This document shows, one piece after another, positions 22,876 to 37,386 of a stretch of 64,000 nt of DNA. A program made the translations under genes and the position numbers. The stretch covers positions 77,748,001-77,812,000 of the forward strand of contig NC_043000.1 in assembly GCF_006345805.1 (NCBI RefSeq). The letters run 5' to 3'. The notes under the pieces are model-generated. The model was not told where the DNA came from. It saw only the letters and a program-made list of their open reading frames with translations, and ran no database searches. Origin of the DNA: Octopus sinensis. Taxonomy: Eukaryota. Each line of letters begins with the position of its first letter. The first letter of the stretch is position 1.

Positions 22876-24721
22876 GTGTGACCGGATCAGAAAGTAAAGG
22901 TTCTACCCGGATGGCTGGGTGTCCGTCCTTCGACATGATCATTAATATTTTTAAACATTGCCTTCGTAAAATTCATTGTTTATAATCTTATCCGTAAGTT
23001 CATTCGAAAATTGTAACTGTGTTAAGCTACTTCACCCTTTATATTTGTCTGTCCTTGTTTGTCCCCTCTTTGTAAATGCCTAAATGGCAAATTATATGAA
23101 ATAAAGTAGCTTGCTAACCAACCACATAGATCCGGGTTCAGTCCCACTGCGTGGCATCTTGGACAAGTATCTTCTACTATAGCCCCGGGCCGACCAAAGC
23201 CTTGTGAATGGATTTGGTAGACGGAAACTGAAAGAAGCCTGTCGTATATATGTGTATATGTGTATGTATGTGTGTCTATATGTTTGTGTGTCTGTGTTTG
23301 TCCCCAATAATTGCTTGACAACCGATGCTGGTGTGTTTACGTCCCCGTCACTTAGCGTTTCGGCAAAAGAGACCGATAGAATAAGTACTGGGCTTACAAA
23401 GAATAAGTCCCGGGGTCGATTTGCTCGACTAAAGGCGGTGCTCCAGCATGGCCGCAGTCAAATGACTGAAACAAGTAAAAGAGTAAAGAGTAAAGAGTTG
23501 TGTGGTGGGCTAATACGAAGGCTTGGGTAACCAGACAATTTCTTATTCCACTGATTCATGAAGTTTTTGCCCCGAGTGTTAAAAAAAATCTGCAAGAAAA
23601 AAACTTGCCACTAAAATGCCTTCTCGTGTTAGGCAATGCCCTCGCTCACCCTCCAGGTTTGGAAGATGACTTAGTTGAAGAATTTAATTTTATTTAGGTC
23701 AAATACCTGCCACCTAATACAACTCCTCTAATACAACCGATGGGCCAACAGGTCGTTGCAAACTTTAAGAAACTTTACACAAAAGTCCTGTTTCGAAAGT
23801 GTTTTCAAGTCACTAATGACACTCAGTTAATTCTCAGAGAAATTTGGAAAAATCATTTCAATATCCTGAATTGTATTAATCTTATGGAACCAAGTGAGTT
23901 ACAGAACCATGAATTCAGCATGCAGGAAAGTTGGCCAGACTGTACCAGAACGAGTCTTTGTGGGGTTTGAGACAGCTACAAGTACTGCTGCTGTCGAGGA
24001 AATTGCTATTGTTGATGATATTGTCTCTATGGGAGAAACTATGGGGTTGGATATCGACAGTGAAGATATTGAAGAACTGGTGGAAGACCACCGTGCTGCG
24101 CTTACCACCGAAGAGCTCGTACACCTTCAAAACTTTAGCTGAGGAAATTTCTTCTGAGGCGGAGAAAGAAGGAAAGGAGGATGTTCCAAATTCTTTAATC
24201 AAAGAAATTTGTGCTAATTGGGATGATGTGCAAAGTTTTGTGGGAAAATATTACCCTGAAACAGTGATAGCAAATAGAACAGTAAACCTTTTCAATGACA
24301 AATGTCATGTCTCATTTTAGAAAACCTTTACAACGCAGGCAAAAACAACTAACATTGGACAAGTTTTTACTGAAAGAAAAAAGAAAAGAAACCCCAGAGA
24401 AAGATGTTCCTGAGCCAAAGAGACAGAGAAGGGAAGAAACCACTGAAAAACAGTTACCAGTAGTTTTTATAGAAGGGGACTCCCCTTCTAAGAAATAACA
24501 CGCTTTTGTGTGTTATTTACAGTTTGAATACACGTTTTATACTAAAATATGTAGTGTAATCATGTAACTGAGCATTCATCTGGTGTTTCGAAACGAATTA
24601 ATCTCTTTTACGTCAATTGTAATGGGAAAAAATGATTCGGTTCTTGAGCAATTCTGTTTTAGAACAGACTTTCAGAGCAGATTATGGTCGAGAACCGAGG
24701 CTGCTCTGTGTGTAATATTTG

Positions 24722-24801
<80 letters not shown>

Positions 24802-24821
24802 ATGTGTGTGTGTGCAAGCGA

Positions 24822-24975
24822 TGGAATGGCTGTGTGGTAAGAAACTTGCTTCCCAGCCACATGGTTCCGGGTTCATTCCCACTGCGGTACACCTTGCGCA
24901 AGTGACTTCTACTATAGCTTCGGGCCGACCAAAGCCTTGTGACTGGATTTGATAGACGGAAACTGAAAGAAGCTT
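24822..24975 (+). mobile_element. SINE family A, 5' part
   Basis: ggctgtgtggtaagaaacttgcttcccagccacatggttccggg...ggaaactgaaagaagc. Confidence 0.85.
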
Positions 24976-24983
24976 GTAATATG

Positions 24984-25065
<82 letters not shown>

Positions 25066-25299
25066 TGTTTGCCCACGCGTGTTCGTAGTTCATGCACATA
25101 TGAACACAGAACAGGAAAGAGATTAACAAATCAGTAAAGCAAGCAGAAAGCTACAAATGAATAAAGGAGAGAAAAATATTTCTTCATACGTTTTGTGTAT
25201 GTGTGTATAAATATACGTGAGTAGATATGTGTGCTTGAATGTGTTTAGAGAATAAGAAACCAAGAGAAAGAAAGAGAGAGAGAGAGTGTGTGAGTGAGT

Positions 25300-25375
<76 letters not shown>

Positions 25376-25767
25376 TTCGATACGAAATACAATTCAGAAG
25401 AAAAAAATCGTAAGTTTTAAGAGATGGACAGTGCGATAAATAAAGAATGGAGAAGAGATGGAGATTGGCGATGAGAAGATAAAAATGTGAGTAATAAATG
25501 AAAGAGATGATGCTAAAGAGAGAAGAGTGGAAGATTTTGTTACAAAACAGCGAAACATGTAAATGTTGAAATTCTGATAATTAAACTGAATTTGTCATCT
25601 GCGACGTCGGACAAAATATATACACACACATAGATACATACATACATACATACATACATACATACATACATACATACATACATACATACATACATGCATA
25701 TATACATACACACATACATACACGCATACATGCATACATATATGCATACATATATTGTCTATGTGGA

Positions 25768-25800
<33 letters not shown>

Positions 25801-25828
25801 CTACATAGTGAGACAGAGATAGAGACAG

Positions 25829-25877
<49 letters not shown>

Positions 25878-26264
25878 CAACAGCATATACACACATATAC
25901 ATGTTTATGTATGAGTAGGTATTTAGATGTTTCTTTTAGTAATTATGTATGTATTCCTAATACTTGCACATACATATGTAACGTATATGTGTAATTTATG
26001 TGATGAGTGTATACATACACATGTGTGTGTGTGTGTGTGTGTGTGTGTCTGCGTATACATGTATATGTGTGCGTGCATGTATGTGTATGTCTTGAAGAAA
26101 TGAATAGTATTAATTCAAGTAATTCTTGGGGATTATTTTCCAGAGTCTATATGTCATCATTTGTTTGAATCAGATTCAGACTAAAGCTTCTTATTGATCC
26201 GATTGTCTGCTTCTTTTGAGTATATACGTATATGTATCTCCCCGCCTCTCTCACTCTCTTCCTC

Positions 26265-26339
<75 letters not shown>

Positions 26340-26619
26340 GTCTGTCTGTCTGTCTCCCTAGACACACACGCACTCACAGACACACACACAAACACACACG
26401 CATACATATATGCACATACACACATATTTGCATATAAACGTACTCACGCCGAAGCCCACATATACATATGTAAGTAAATACATTATATGTGTATGTGTGT
26501 GTCTAATACTCACGCACATATTCAGACAGCCTTTAACGACTTGAGTAAAATATGTTTTCTGAAACAACTTATACTTCTAAAGAAGAATATCTATCATTCC
26601 CATGAGACATTGTTGCATT

Positions 26620-27200
26620 CAAACTAATCAAAGAACTATGCGTATTTCTTTATTTTTAATGTAGCCACGTAATATTCTGGCGTTCTATTTTTTCATCATG
26701 TCTAAACGTAGTACTGTGGTTATTATATCGTTCTTGACTTTTCCTTCTACCATGCCTATATACTGTTGTTGGTCAGTACTGGTCTAGTTGATATAACTTC
26801 AGCTCCATATACTACTGCTTGTACGTTGAAGGGTATGTTTAGTTTAGTTTAGAAGGGTGTGCAAGTTTCTGAAATTGTATGAGATCTCTCTGGAGTTCAT
26901 TAAGTTATGAAGACTTGTCCTTCTCGTTATTTGAGCTGTAACTGGTTTTTCAGTTATTTCGCTTGATTATTTTTCCGTTCAAGTGATTTTTGAGGAAATG
27001 TTTATCTTTAACGTACAACTGTTTTGCCCTATATCACACTTGACAGCAACTGAGAAATGAGCTGCAGACCATATAATTTTACACCTTCTATTTGTCTTTT
27101 GTTATAGTGAGGACTTCGCAATTATGCGATCTTTTCGAATCCATTCGCTTCTCTGGAACTGTGTTATAGTATGACATCGCCTGACGGAATAGACCTTCAT
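26620..27200 (-). mobile_element. Probable RTE-clade LINE RT fragment, highly decayed
   Basis: RQGDV-like and YGAE-like remnants only. Confidence 0.35.
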
Positions 27201-27244
27201 GAGATGAAAGTAAGATTTTCTGCTGATATTACTCACTGGGCTTT

Positions 27245-27450
27245 TAAAATAACATCGGCAGGTAGCAAGAATCTTTGACTACCAGTGTTGGTGTGTTTAC
27301 ATCCCCATAACTTAGGGGTGAGGCCAAAGGAACCGATAAAATAAATACCATGCTTTTAACAAAAATAATTACCAGGGTCGATCCTTTCGACCAAGATTCT
27401 TCAAGGCGGTGCCCCACATGACTGCAGTCTACTGACTGAAACAAATAAAA
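27245..27450 (-). mobile_element. SINE family A, 3' part
   Basis: Reverse complement of the SINE A 3' half. Confidence 0.8.
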
Positions 27451-28349
27451 GATAAAAAATAAAGATATAAAGCCAAAAGATGAGAGCTAGAGATGCCCAG
27501 TATAGGAAATACGTAGTCGTGCTCAAATGATTTGAATTTGCAGTCCGAAATCTTTATCATGACTAGGTCCACAGAGTAAAGAGGGGCCATAAGAGAAGCC
27601 AAGGGAGCTGATATGGAAACAGTGATGCATTGGTTAAAATTCGAAGAATTAAACTACGTTAAACTTACAAATTACAAATTTATCAAAAAAGGCAAGTGAA
27701 AATAATGTTTTCTTTTGACACATTCTACCAGTATACGAATTTTCAAATTGTTTAGTTAACTAGAAATTGGGTTGAATTCTGTCTATCTAAAGGAAAAGAT
27801 CCGACTCTTGTCCTCAGTTATTAAGTAATATGCCTACTCACATTAAATGATAGATTTTTCTCCAAAGTGAATAAATATTAGATTTATAATTTCTACTTTA
27901 ATACAACGTATCAATATAATCAACACCTACCAGATAAATGTGGAGCTGATGTGTGTGGGTGTATAGGAATCTCTGTAATTCTCTTTAACTTTTTTCTTGG
28001 GTATATAGGTGGTCATTATAACCATTTGACATTGACCTAATTTTCTTGGTACGAGATCTGTTTGCCAAATAGTAGTAAATAGCTCCTAGGGCATTATAAC
28101 TCCCTCTCCACTTTTATTTCTTAATGAATAATTTCTGACATTTACTTAACCCCATTTCTATAAATAGAAAACCCCTTTTGTCTCCTTCAACTGAATGTGC
28201 CTCACAACCTTCTAGCAGTTCAAAATAACTTAAAGAACTCTTCAGTCATAAGATAAGCTCTAAGACCTCAACGTTCTTAAAATTCAAATCAGCATCTTTG
28301 TCTATATATCTACCTTCTCTATAATGTTATCAATTAATATGACAATTAT

Positions 28350-28570
28350 GTATTAATGGCTGATGATTGCTCAACATTTTAAAACTGTTGTAATATTTAC
28401 AATATTTAATAAAATGATGTAGCGTGAAACGATCGTACCAAATTACCGGAGATATTCTTGTTGCTTATTTTGATTATAATCACCCCATGGACTTATATGG
28501 ATAACACCATACAAAGTTCTGGTGTATCTAACTTAAGTACCATATTCATCTGAATCTAAATTTTGCTGAA
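28350..28570 (+). mobile_element. Solo PLE pseudo-LTR; homologous to 52340-52510
   Basis: Shared gaaacgat(c/t)gtac...attcttgttgctt...ttataatcacccca...aagtaccatattca, ending at (TA)n. Confidence 0.75.
28357..28440 (+). ncRNA. Type I hammerhead motif with extended stem II
   Basis: tgg-CTGATGA-t-tgct...agcg-t-GAAA-cgatcg-TA-cca. Internal cattt/aaatg pairing and a ttgtaa/ttacaa hairpin. Confidence 0.75.
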
Positions 28571-28614
<44 letters not shown>

Positions 28615-28761
28615 ATATATATATACACATACATACATATATATATATATATATAATACAATATATATATATATTATATATATATACATACTAATACAAT
28701 TGTTCGTTTGTTTTCCACCTGCCTTCGTCTTTTGTTTATTTTCATAAAGCTTCCCGTTATA

Positions 28762-28799
<38 letters not shown>

Positions 28800-28862
28800 C
28801 CTCGACAGATTCAGCCATCCCTGCTGTATTTTTGGGATATTCTTTTGTTTGTAAAATTAGGT

Positions 28863-28953
28863 TTCAGCTGATGTTTACTGTTTTTTTTTGTAATGGAGTA
28901 ATGTTCTCACTCTTCTATTAAAAAGATGCGTAAGAAACACCTGTAATGAGCTG
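28863..28953 (+). ncRNA. Degenerate hammerhead-like motif
   Basis: ttcag-CTGATGT-ttac...gtaa-GAAA-cacctg-TA-atgag. Core and stem I are mutated. Confidence 0.4.
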
Positions 28954-28987
28954 ACAAGTATCCATCGTATATTATTATTCCTTTGAT

Positions 28988-29021
<34 letters not shown>

Positions 29022-29318
29022 TATGATTTAAAATTAATAATAAAAGGGTAAAATTAATTAATTTAATTAATAATTAATCAATCAATTAATTAATAATTTT
29101 ACCAAGTAGATCGGTACGTTAAAATATTCTTTATAGGTAAAATTATACAAATATTCTATAATTATAAACATTATTATAATCAGGGGTCAGCTAATTGGTT
29201 CACCACATACCGAATTTAGAAATAGGAGTTTAAAATTCCGTAAGAATCTCTCAGACAGTAACACACTTTTTTACGTAGGCAAAGAAAAAAATAATGAATC
29301 AACACGACTTCGATTAGT

Positions 29319-29375
29319 CACAGACGCGTTTCGAGATTAAAGTATTTAATTTACTTACTTCCCGTCATCAGTGTA
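29319..29375 (-). ncRNA. Type I hammerhead motif in a solo PLE pseudo-LTR (about 29160-29400)
   Basis: taca-CTGATGA-c-ggg-aagta..tactt..ctc-GAAA-cgcg-TC-tgtg. Intact core, ACGCGT palindromic stem III. Confidence 0.78.
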
Positions 29376-30095
29376 GCGTTTCCATTATAAAATTTGAAAG
29401 TGCTAGGGTTAAATACGCATGCGATCGAATGACATCGTGCAACAGATACCCAACCAACACTTCCAAAATGTACACAGCCGAATGTGAATACATATTTATT
29501 CCCTGTACCCATGTATATCTCGTTTTTCTGGTTCAAATCTGTGTAATGCAGAAAACTGTTACAAACACCCAAGTAACCAGACGACTGTATTGTAGTTGAT
29601 TAGGTTCAGACCAACCCTGGTTCTGATGAAAAGTATTCCAAATATGTTCATCATATTTTCTTCCAATTTTAAAATGGTAAGGTGTGGTTTTTGAACAAGA
29701 TTCAACTGCTAACATTAATAGGTGGAGCAGTTTTGCTCCATCAAGCCGGGTGGTGTATAAATAAGTTCTACCATCTATACAGCCACATCAGATATTATAG
29801 ACACAGTAGCTTCTAACACTAAAATCTTCAGTAATTTTCATGAAGGAACAGTTTTCTTAGCTCTCCAGTGGGCTTTATCGATTTAGCTGACCGACTAATA
29901 AAGCTAAGTAGGAACAGATAAGTGGTGTGTGAAATCTAGATTAAGCTAGATTAGGTAACCCAGATACTCTTTAGTAATTGAGTAGTGAATATCAATGTCG
30001 TAGCCTTTGTTGTTTTTGTTGTTGTTGATGATGGTATTGGCGACGATGTTGCTAATGGGGCGGTGGTGTTAATGTTAAAATGCACACATATGTAC

Positions 30096-30143
<48 letters not shown>

Positions 30144-30446
30144 GTATGATTATATGATACACATACACACAAATTAATATATATATGTATGTATACGTAT
30201 ACATATACATGTATATATATGTATATATACACATACATGTACGCGTATATGCATGCATTTGTATATGTATGTAGGAATAGATGAGTGTGTATGTATTTGT
30301 GCATACCTATAGGCATATAAATACTTTTATAAAATAAGATATATATATGTATCCTTCACACTGTAATGTATACATACATACATATATATATAATCTATAA
30401 CTATAAATATATCTATAAAAGAGAGTTTGTATGCGTGTGCCTGTGT

Positions 30447-30493
<47 letters not shown>

Positions 30494-31577
30494 ATGTTCC
30501 TTATGCATTCCAAAACCGAGTTGACGTATTGGGTATCAAAAGATTCAGTAGACTTTTGGCTACCAACTAAACTATATTTTCATTCATATATTTGTAATAC
30601 AAAAATTTAACATTGTCATTTTTCTTTTAGTCACCTATCGTAAACGACATTTTTATCACCACTACAACGACGATGACGTCACAATTTGTATATGAGTGTG
30701 TTCGCGCGTTCATTACCTACGTTAGTCCGATGACTGACAAGTATATGTGTGTGACCGTGTATGTGTCTGTCAGTATACATACATTTATGTGACTACTGAC
30801 ACATACAGTGACAGAAATAGGCTTCGGGTGTGCGTTAATGTATGTGGGGGCTGTCTTAGTTTATGTATGTAACTTTCTTCCACCCAACAGTGAAACGCGC
30901 CGATATTGAAAGTTTCATTGGGGTCTAGACATTAAACGAGCAACAACGTTCACTTTGAAGTATTACCAACATGAAGATTTGGCTGATTTTAACACCACTC
31001 ACAATACTCGCAAATATATCTCACAAAAATTGTTATTCTGTTTATTATAATAAATTCGGAAACTTGGCAAAGTAGAAAGCCTCGTCGGCTCTTTTAATAT
31101 AATTGCAGATATGTTATTCCACTCCTTTTAATCAGTTTCAAGATAATTTTTAACAGTTCTCCTAAGCTTCTTCATCACTCTGAGTATCAACGTCGTACAA
31201 GCTTTTTACTGCGTTAGTATTATTCTACAGCCTATAACGTTATACAGTTAAAATATGTAAAATAAATTATTTTTGTGTGAAAAATTGAATTATGCCTTCT
31301 GAACTGTCTTGGACTTTCTTCACCGTGATATTCAATCGTGAATTTTACAACATTTAGTACATGTTCCAAATAAATGTTGGCTTCCTGTACTTTGTTATAT
31401 ACTGGTGACGCATAATGACTTTTGCTAATTTGGTGACTTTCCATCTTTTTTTATAGCATAACTATGCCACAGAAAGTATGTTTTGCACCTATATTGACTA
31501 CATTTCGTTTAGCTTGAACTTCGTATGTGTACATTTTGTTGTTTTCAATATTATCAATTCTATGAGTGTGTGTGTGC

Positions 31578-31663
<86 letters not shown>

Positions 31664-32447
31664 CTGTGTTCCTTACGTCGATAGTAAACTAGAGTAAAGA
31701 ACATTTTACCATGTTTTAATGAGCGCACATTACGAGTAACGATGTGTGAATAATGAAAGTAAATGTTTCTCCGAATTAGTCACATCTATTATCTATCTAC
31801 CAAATAAACTATGTTTTTGACTCAACAACACTTTTTACAACTAAAATAACCTCTGCAATTAGGTTGGGTCGCACAATTTTGAGGTCATATTAAGACAATA
31901 TTCTGATTTGCTTCCAATGTTTCATTTTCGTCCGATTTTTCACGCATGCGTAGAAATATACTTAAACATTTATGAAAATGTACGCATAAATATTGTATTA
32001 AAATATGCCACAACCAAAACAATTGCATTAAAAGACATCCATTTTTCTATATGTTATAAGAAAATACAGTCACACACACACACACACACACACTCTCTCT
32101 CTCTCTCTTTCCCCCTCTCTCTCTCTCTCTCCCACCCTCTCTTTCCCTCTCTCACACAAAAAAAGATGTATGCATATGTATTTATGAGCGAAAGTAAAGA
32201 ATACGCACTCCCGGTGTTTAGAGTTAGAGTTTGTGTATTCTTTACCTCCGCTATGTACGTGTGTATGAAAGATAATGTTTTGTGTGTGTGTGTAAGTGTT
32301 TGGGTGTGTGTATGTGTTTGTGTGTGTGTGTATGTGTGTGTAAGAGAGTGAGTGAGTGCCACATACATGCAAAAAAATTCATACATCACAACACACACCT
32401 TCACTCTTTCTTTCTGTCTATCTCTCACACACATGTCTATTTCATGT

Positions 32448-33445
32448 ATACGGGAGAATAATGTAGATGAGGAATTTTTTCCCAACCAAGCTCTTCGATC
32501 TTCTGTGATGTGAGCTTTGCAGTGTGGGATCGCGCATCACCCTGATGAAACATCACTCCTTTTCGATTCACTAAAGCGGGGTTTTGTTTCTTCAAAGCTT
32601 GGCTCAAACGCACTAATTGCTGACAGTAGACTTGAACATTGATGTGGTAACAATTCAAAGGGAATTACTCCTTTGCAATCCCACCAGATAGAGAGAAGAA
32701 CCTTTTTTCTATGAAGTTCCCTTCTCGGTTATGGTTGAGCTTTTTCCCTTTTACCAAGCCACTGTTTACGACGTTTAACATTTCGATAGAAGGTCCATTT
32801 ATCGTCAACAGTCACAAGTCTATCCAAAATGGGTGAAATGAGTTCGCGAGAATGGAGAGAAGAGCAGATGTCCACTGGGGATTTTGCGGTTGCTTTCGGA
32901 CAATTCATGAAGCACCGATTTCCCAAGTTTAGGAACCTTTCCAAGTTGTTGAAGATGACGATGAACAGTTGTATGGTTTGAGCTAAGCTTTGTTGCCAAT
33001 TCTTCAACTGATAATGCAGGATTTTCTTCAAGTAATGCCTCAAGGAGCTTATCATCAAACTCAACTGGACGTCCTGTTCGATCTTCGTCATCAAGGCTGA
33101 AATCTCCACTTCTGAATTTTGCAAACCATCTGCAAGTTCTTTCATTCAAGTATTCTTTCCCATAAACTGAGTTTATGTTTCGGGTCGCTTCGGCTGCAGA
33201 GTTTCCTTTTTTGTACTCATAAAGCATTATGTGCCTTAAATGCTCTTTGGATACTTCCATATTAGAAAGGGTTTTAATCAAAGAAATTTTAATTCTATTA
33301 TTCTGTAGAATAATACTTAATTAGTTTAAATGTACGCAAATGCTTAAAAATAATATTTAATTCCATTATACATTCTAAAATACTATTAAATTTTATTCAA
33401 TTTTAAAAAAGGTAAAATCGGACAGAACTTATGGGATGACTTGAT
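32448..33445 (-). mobile_element. Mariner DNA transposon, internally deleted and 3'-truncated
   Basis: LRHIMLYEYKKG..WFAKFRSGDFSLDDEDRTGRP (HTH), LVTVDDKW, FHQGDARSH..LHYSP. TIR-like end at 33413-33445. Confidence 0.9.
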
Positions 33446-33490
33446 ATATGTATATGTATGTATATATACATATAAGCACGTGACATACAA

Positions 33491-33531
<41 letters not shown>

Positions 33532-33550
33532 ATATGCATAGCTAGCTAGT

Positions 33551-33616
<66 letters not shown>

Positions 33617-33699
33617 TATAGATAGATAGATAGATATATAGATAGCTAGCTAGATAGATAGATAGATAGATAGATACAGAAATGTTTTATGGAGGCATC

Positions 33700-35450
33700 C
33701 TTAACTGAGGATATGCGAGAATATGCGCTAAAACATAAAGTGTTTTAAGATACGCCGCACCAGAATCTTGTTGAAAAAAATTAGTGTCACGAGAGTAGCG
33801 TACAGCAATAACATCTGGTGAACTACCAGAGTATTCTAAGTAAGAAGTGTTTCAGAATGTTGAGATCTCTAAGAACTTGTGTTACATCAAGTATGTAGAA
33901 GATATCCATCTGGTACTACTCTAAAGATCCAACCCCATCCTGCGACAGGACGAATGAAATAGCCAAAGGATGATTAACCCTAAGGAATGGCATTAACTGG
34001 ATGAAGGCCTCGACAAATATTAATAAGAATACTACAAGGATTGCTCAGAGGGAAAACTGTGCCCCTACAACAATAAATAATCTTGCAAGAGAGCGCTTCG
34101 GTAAGAAGGCCGTACGTCTGCAAAAGTTGCAAAACGCAAGGGAAATAGAAACATATCACTTCAGGAAGGATATTACATCTACCGATAAGGAGAAACCGTG
34201 TTGAGAACAGAGTTAACTAGGGATACATCTGCGGAGACTCTGATGGTAATAAATCGTTGATAACGGAGGAGAGGGCGAACAAAAGTATTCAATTCACAGG
34301 GATTCTGTTGGTTTAACTCCTGGATAAAACAGATCCGGAAGATGTAGAAAAGTTCTTGAGAGAGATGTAAGACGATTCCCTCAGAATTGAACTCTCGAGT
34401 GTCAATCTAAATTTACAGCAAAGTGGTGAGGAAGAAGGCTAGAATGATATAATTTACTACATACGTATGATATAACTGATAATCATCAGCTACTTCGGAG
34501 ACATCCAGCTGAAGTTCAAAGTAAGCTACTTTACAATTCGTTTACAAGATCTGGAAAGGGATATCGTAAATTTTTCAGAAATTTCCTCTTTCTCTTCATC
34601 ATTGAAATGAAACTCTCTGCTGGGGAAAGGTAGATGAGTGAGGAAAATCCTGATTCAGACAGAGATACAGCAGCAGAGTGAGAAAGGACAGAAATCAGGA
34701 ACTATACTCCTACTATCTCTATGTGGAAAATCAAGTAGCAAGACCTGAGAAAATTGGAACCATTTTACAGATTCCTGCTGCGTAGTCTATGACACACTTC
34801 CAACATCAACGAATCTGCACAGTTGGGATATAAGAGAGGCTCTACTGTGTAAGCTTTGTAGGGAGAGGAGCATTTAATGTACATCTTATCAAGATGTAAA
34901 ACAGCATGTACATCCTGTCATGATGTAAAGCAGCCCTCATGGAAGGAGAAACAAATAATGACACGATTAATTACTCATAAGAGTCGCTAATACTGGCGTG
35001 GGAAAAACAGAATAAACAATGATTTCAAGAGAAACCATTATCACCAGTCAAGTTCATGGCAGAAAGAAAAGCTGTTGGCCATAGCATAAAAGAAAATCAG
35101 TTTACTACCAAAGATTCTTTCATGGAATATGAAAAAGGGTCTGGAAAGAAAGCTGCAAATCATCCAGACAAATCTGATGTCGTTCTGTAGTCTAAAGAGA
35201 CCAAGAAAATAATCTTGGTCAAATTTTACAGGTAGAAAGAATGGCAGGCATAGTCATTCCCAGCCGAGGGAAGCAATACAAGATTCCCTGCTCAGTTAAT
35301 ATGGAGAATGTTTACGGCTTTTGGAATGACGGGAAAAAAACAGAAAGAAAGACTTGCTGGAAGGGGAAACAGAATAAAGAGCCTGCTGCTAATTGTGAAG
35401 CAGAGAGAAACTAAGCTGGAAACCAACCAGAGAAGATGGGCTCTCATTAT
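33700..35450 (+). mobile_element. R2/Hero-like REL LINE 3' region, degenerate
   Basis: FLLRSVYDTLPTSTNLHSW..LCKLC..ILSRCK (about 34765-34905) and PDVVL.SKETKKIILV (about 35165-35222). Many stops. Confidence 0.7.
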
Positions 35451-35619
35451 TATTTAAATATATATAAATATATGAACCAAGGTTTATATGGTTACCTTAT
35501 AGCTGACCTTTCAATAGATTGATAACTAACCAGTATTTTCATGGGATTTATTATCCCTTAATGCGGTTTATTACCTTTACTTGCTTCTATTATATATATA
35601 TATATATATATATATATTC

Positions 35620-36755
<1,136 letters not shown>

Positions 36756-36778
36756 ACATATATATATATATGCATATA

Positions 36779-36812
<34 letters not shown>

Positions 36813-37346
36813 CAGATCGAGTGAGAGAAAGAGAAAGAGAGAGAGATATCTACATATATGAATATATATATACACAAACATGTATGTGTAAGTGTATTTG
36901 CGTGTGTACGTGCGTGTTTCTTTAGTGTGTATAAGAATACAAGACTGGATAAAAATGATAGAAAAATATATATCTAATATTGGCTGAATACCATATACTT
37001 TGAACCTCTAAACTTTATTCAGATGATTAAATTGAATAAGACAGCCTCTACTCCCTTACTAGACCTTCCCAAAATAGCAGACAAATGTTTCTCATATCAC
37101 TTCCTGGCATCGTAAATATCGCAGAAAACGTATTCATCCAGGATTTGAAAAACAAGAGGCTTTCCTGATGATGGAGCTGAGATAGTATCATATCTTCTAC
37201 ATACTTCTCTCCGTTCTCTCCATCTCTCTCCCCCTCTCTCTCATCACACACACGCACACACACATACACACACAGATATATATATATATATATTATATAT
37301 ATGCATACACATACATAGACACGTACATACATACACATACGCACGC

Positions 37347-37386
<40 letters not shown>

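Larger units (their letters stand above)
17666..23103 (+). mobile_element. Full-length Tx1-clade (L1 group) non-LTR retrotransposon, about 5.4 kb, with 16-bp TSD
   Basis: TSD AAGTAGCTTGCTAACC at 17650-17665 and 23104-23119. 5' UTR, ORF1, ORF2 and 3' UTR all present. Confidence 0.93.
17627..23495 (+). mobile_element. SINE family A split by a Tx1 insertion (head 17627-17665; remainder 23104-23495)
   Basis: Joining the two parts restores the uninterrupted sequence seen at 53517-53925. Confidence 0.93.
17090..24708 (+). mobile_element. Tigger/pogo DNA transposon, interrupted at 17627-23495 by SINE A plus Tx1
   Basis: CENP-B-like EVEKLLL..EKQLAGDS..ICEKA. DDE1 region QVFNGDETELFWKR..KDRLTLLLCGNA..KSKLPV | VWWANTKAWVT..LVLGNALAHP..LPPNTTPLIQPMGQ. 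TIR-like 3' end gtcgagaaccgaggctgctctg. 5' TIR not seen. Confidence 0.9.

Noticed and set aside
29590-29720. Possible GIY-YIG C-terminus (KLEENMMNIFG..GLN) upstream of the 29319 hammerhead
   Set aside because: Too short and degenerate to support as a feature.
30631-30720. 90-nt AG..GT candidate exon (SPIVNDIFITTTTT...)
   Set aside because: Open only in phase 0 or not clearly assignable, inconsistent with the phase-1 micro-exon, and no homology recognised.
31232-31475. 70-aa minus-strand ORF, and a 19-nt AG..GT segment at 31457-31475, as host exons
   Set aside because: No recognisable homology and no consistent partner exons.
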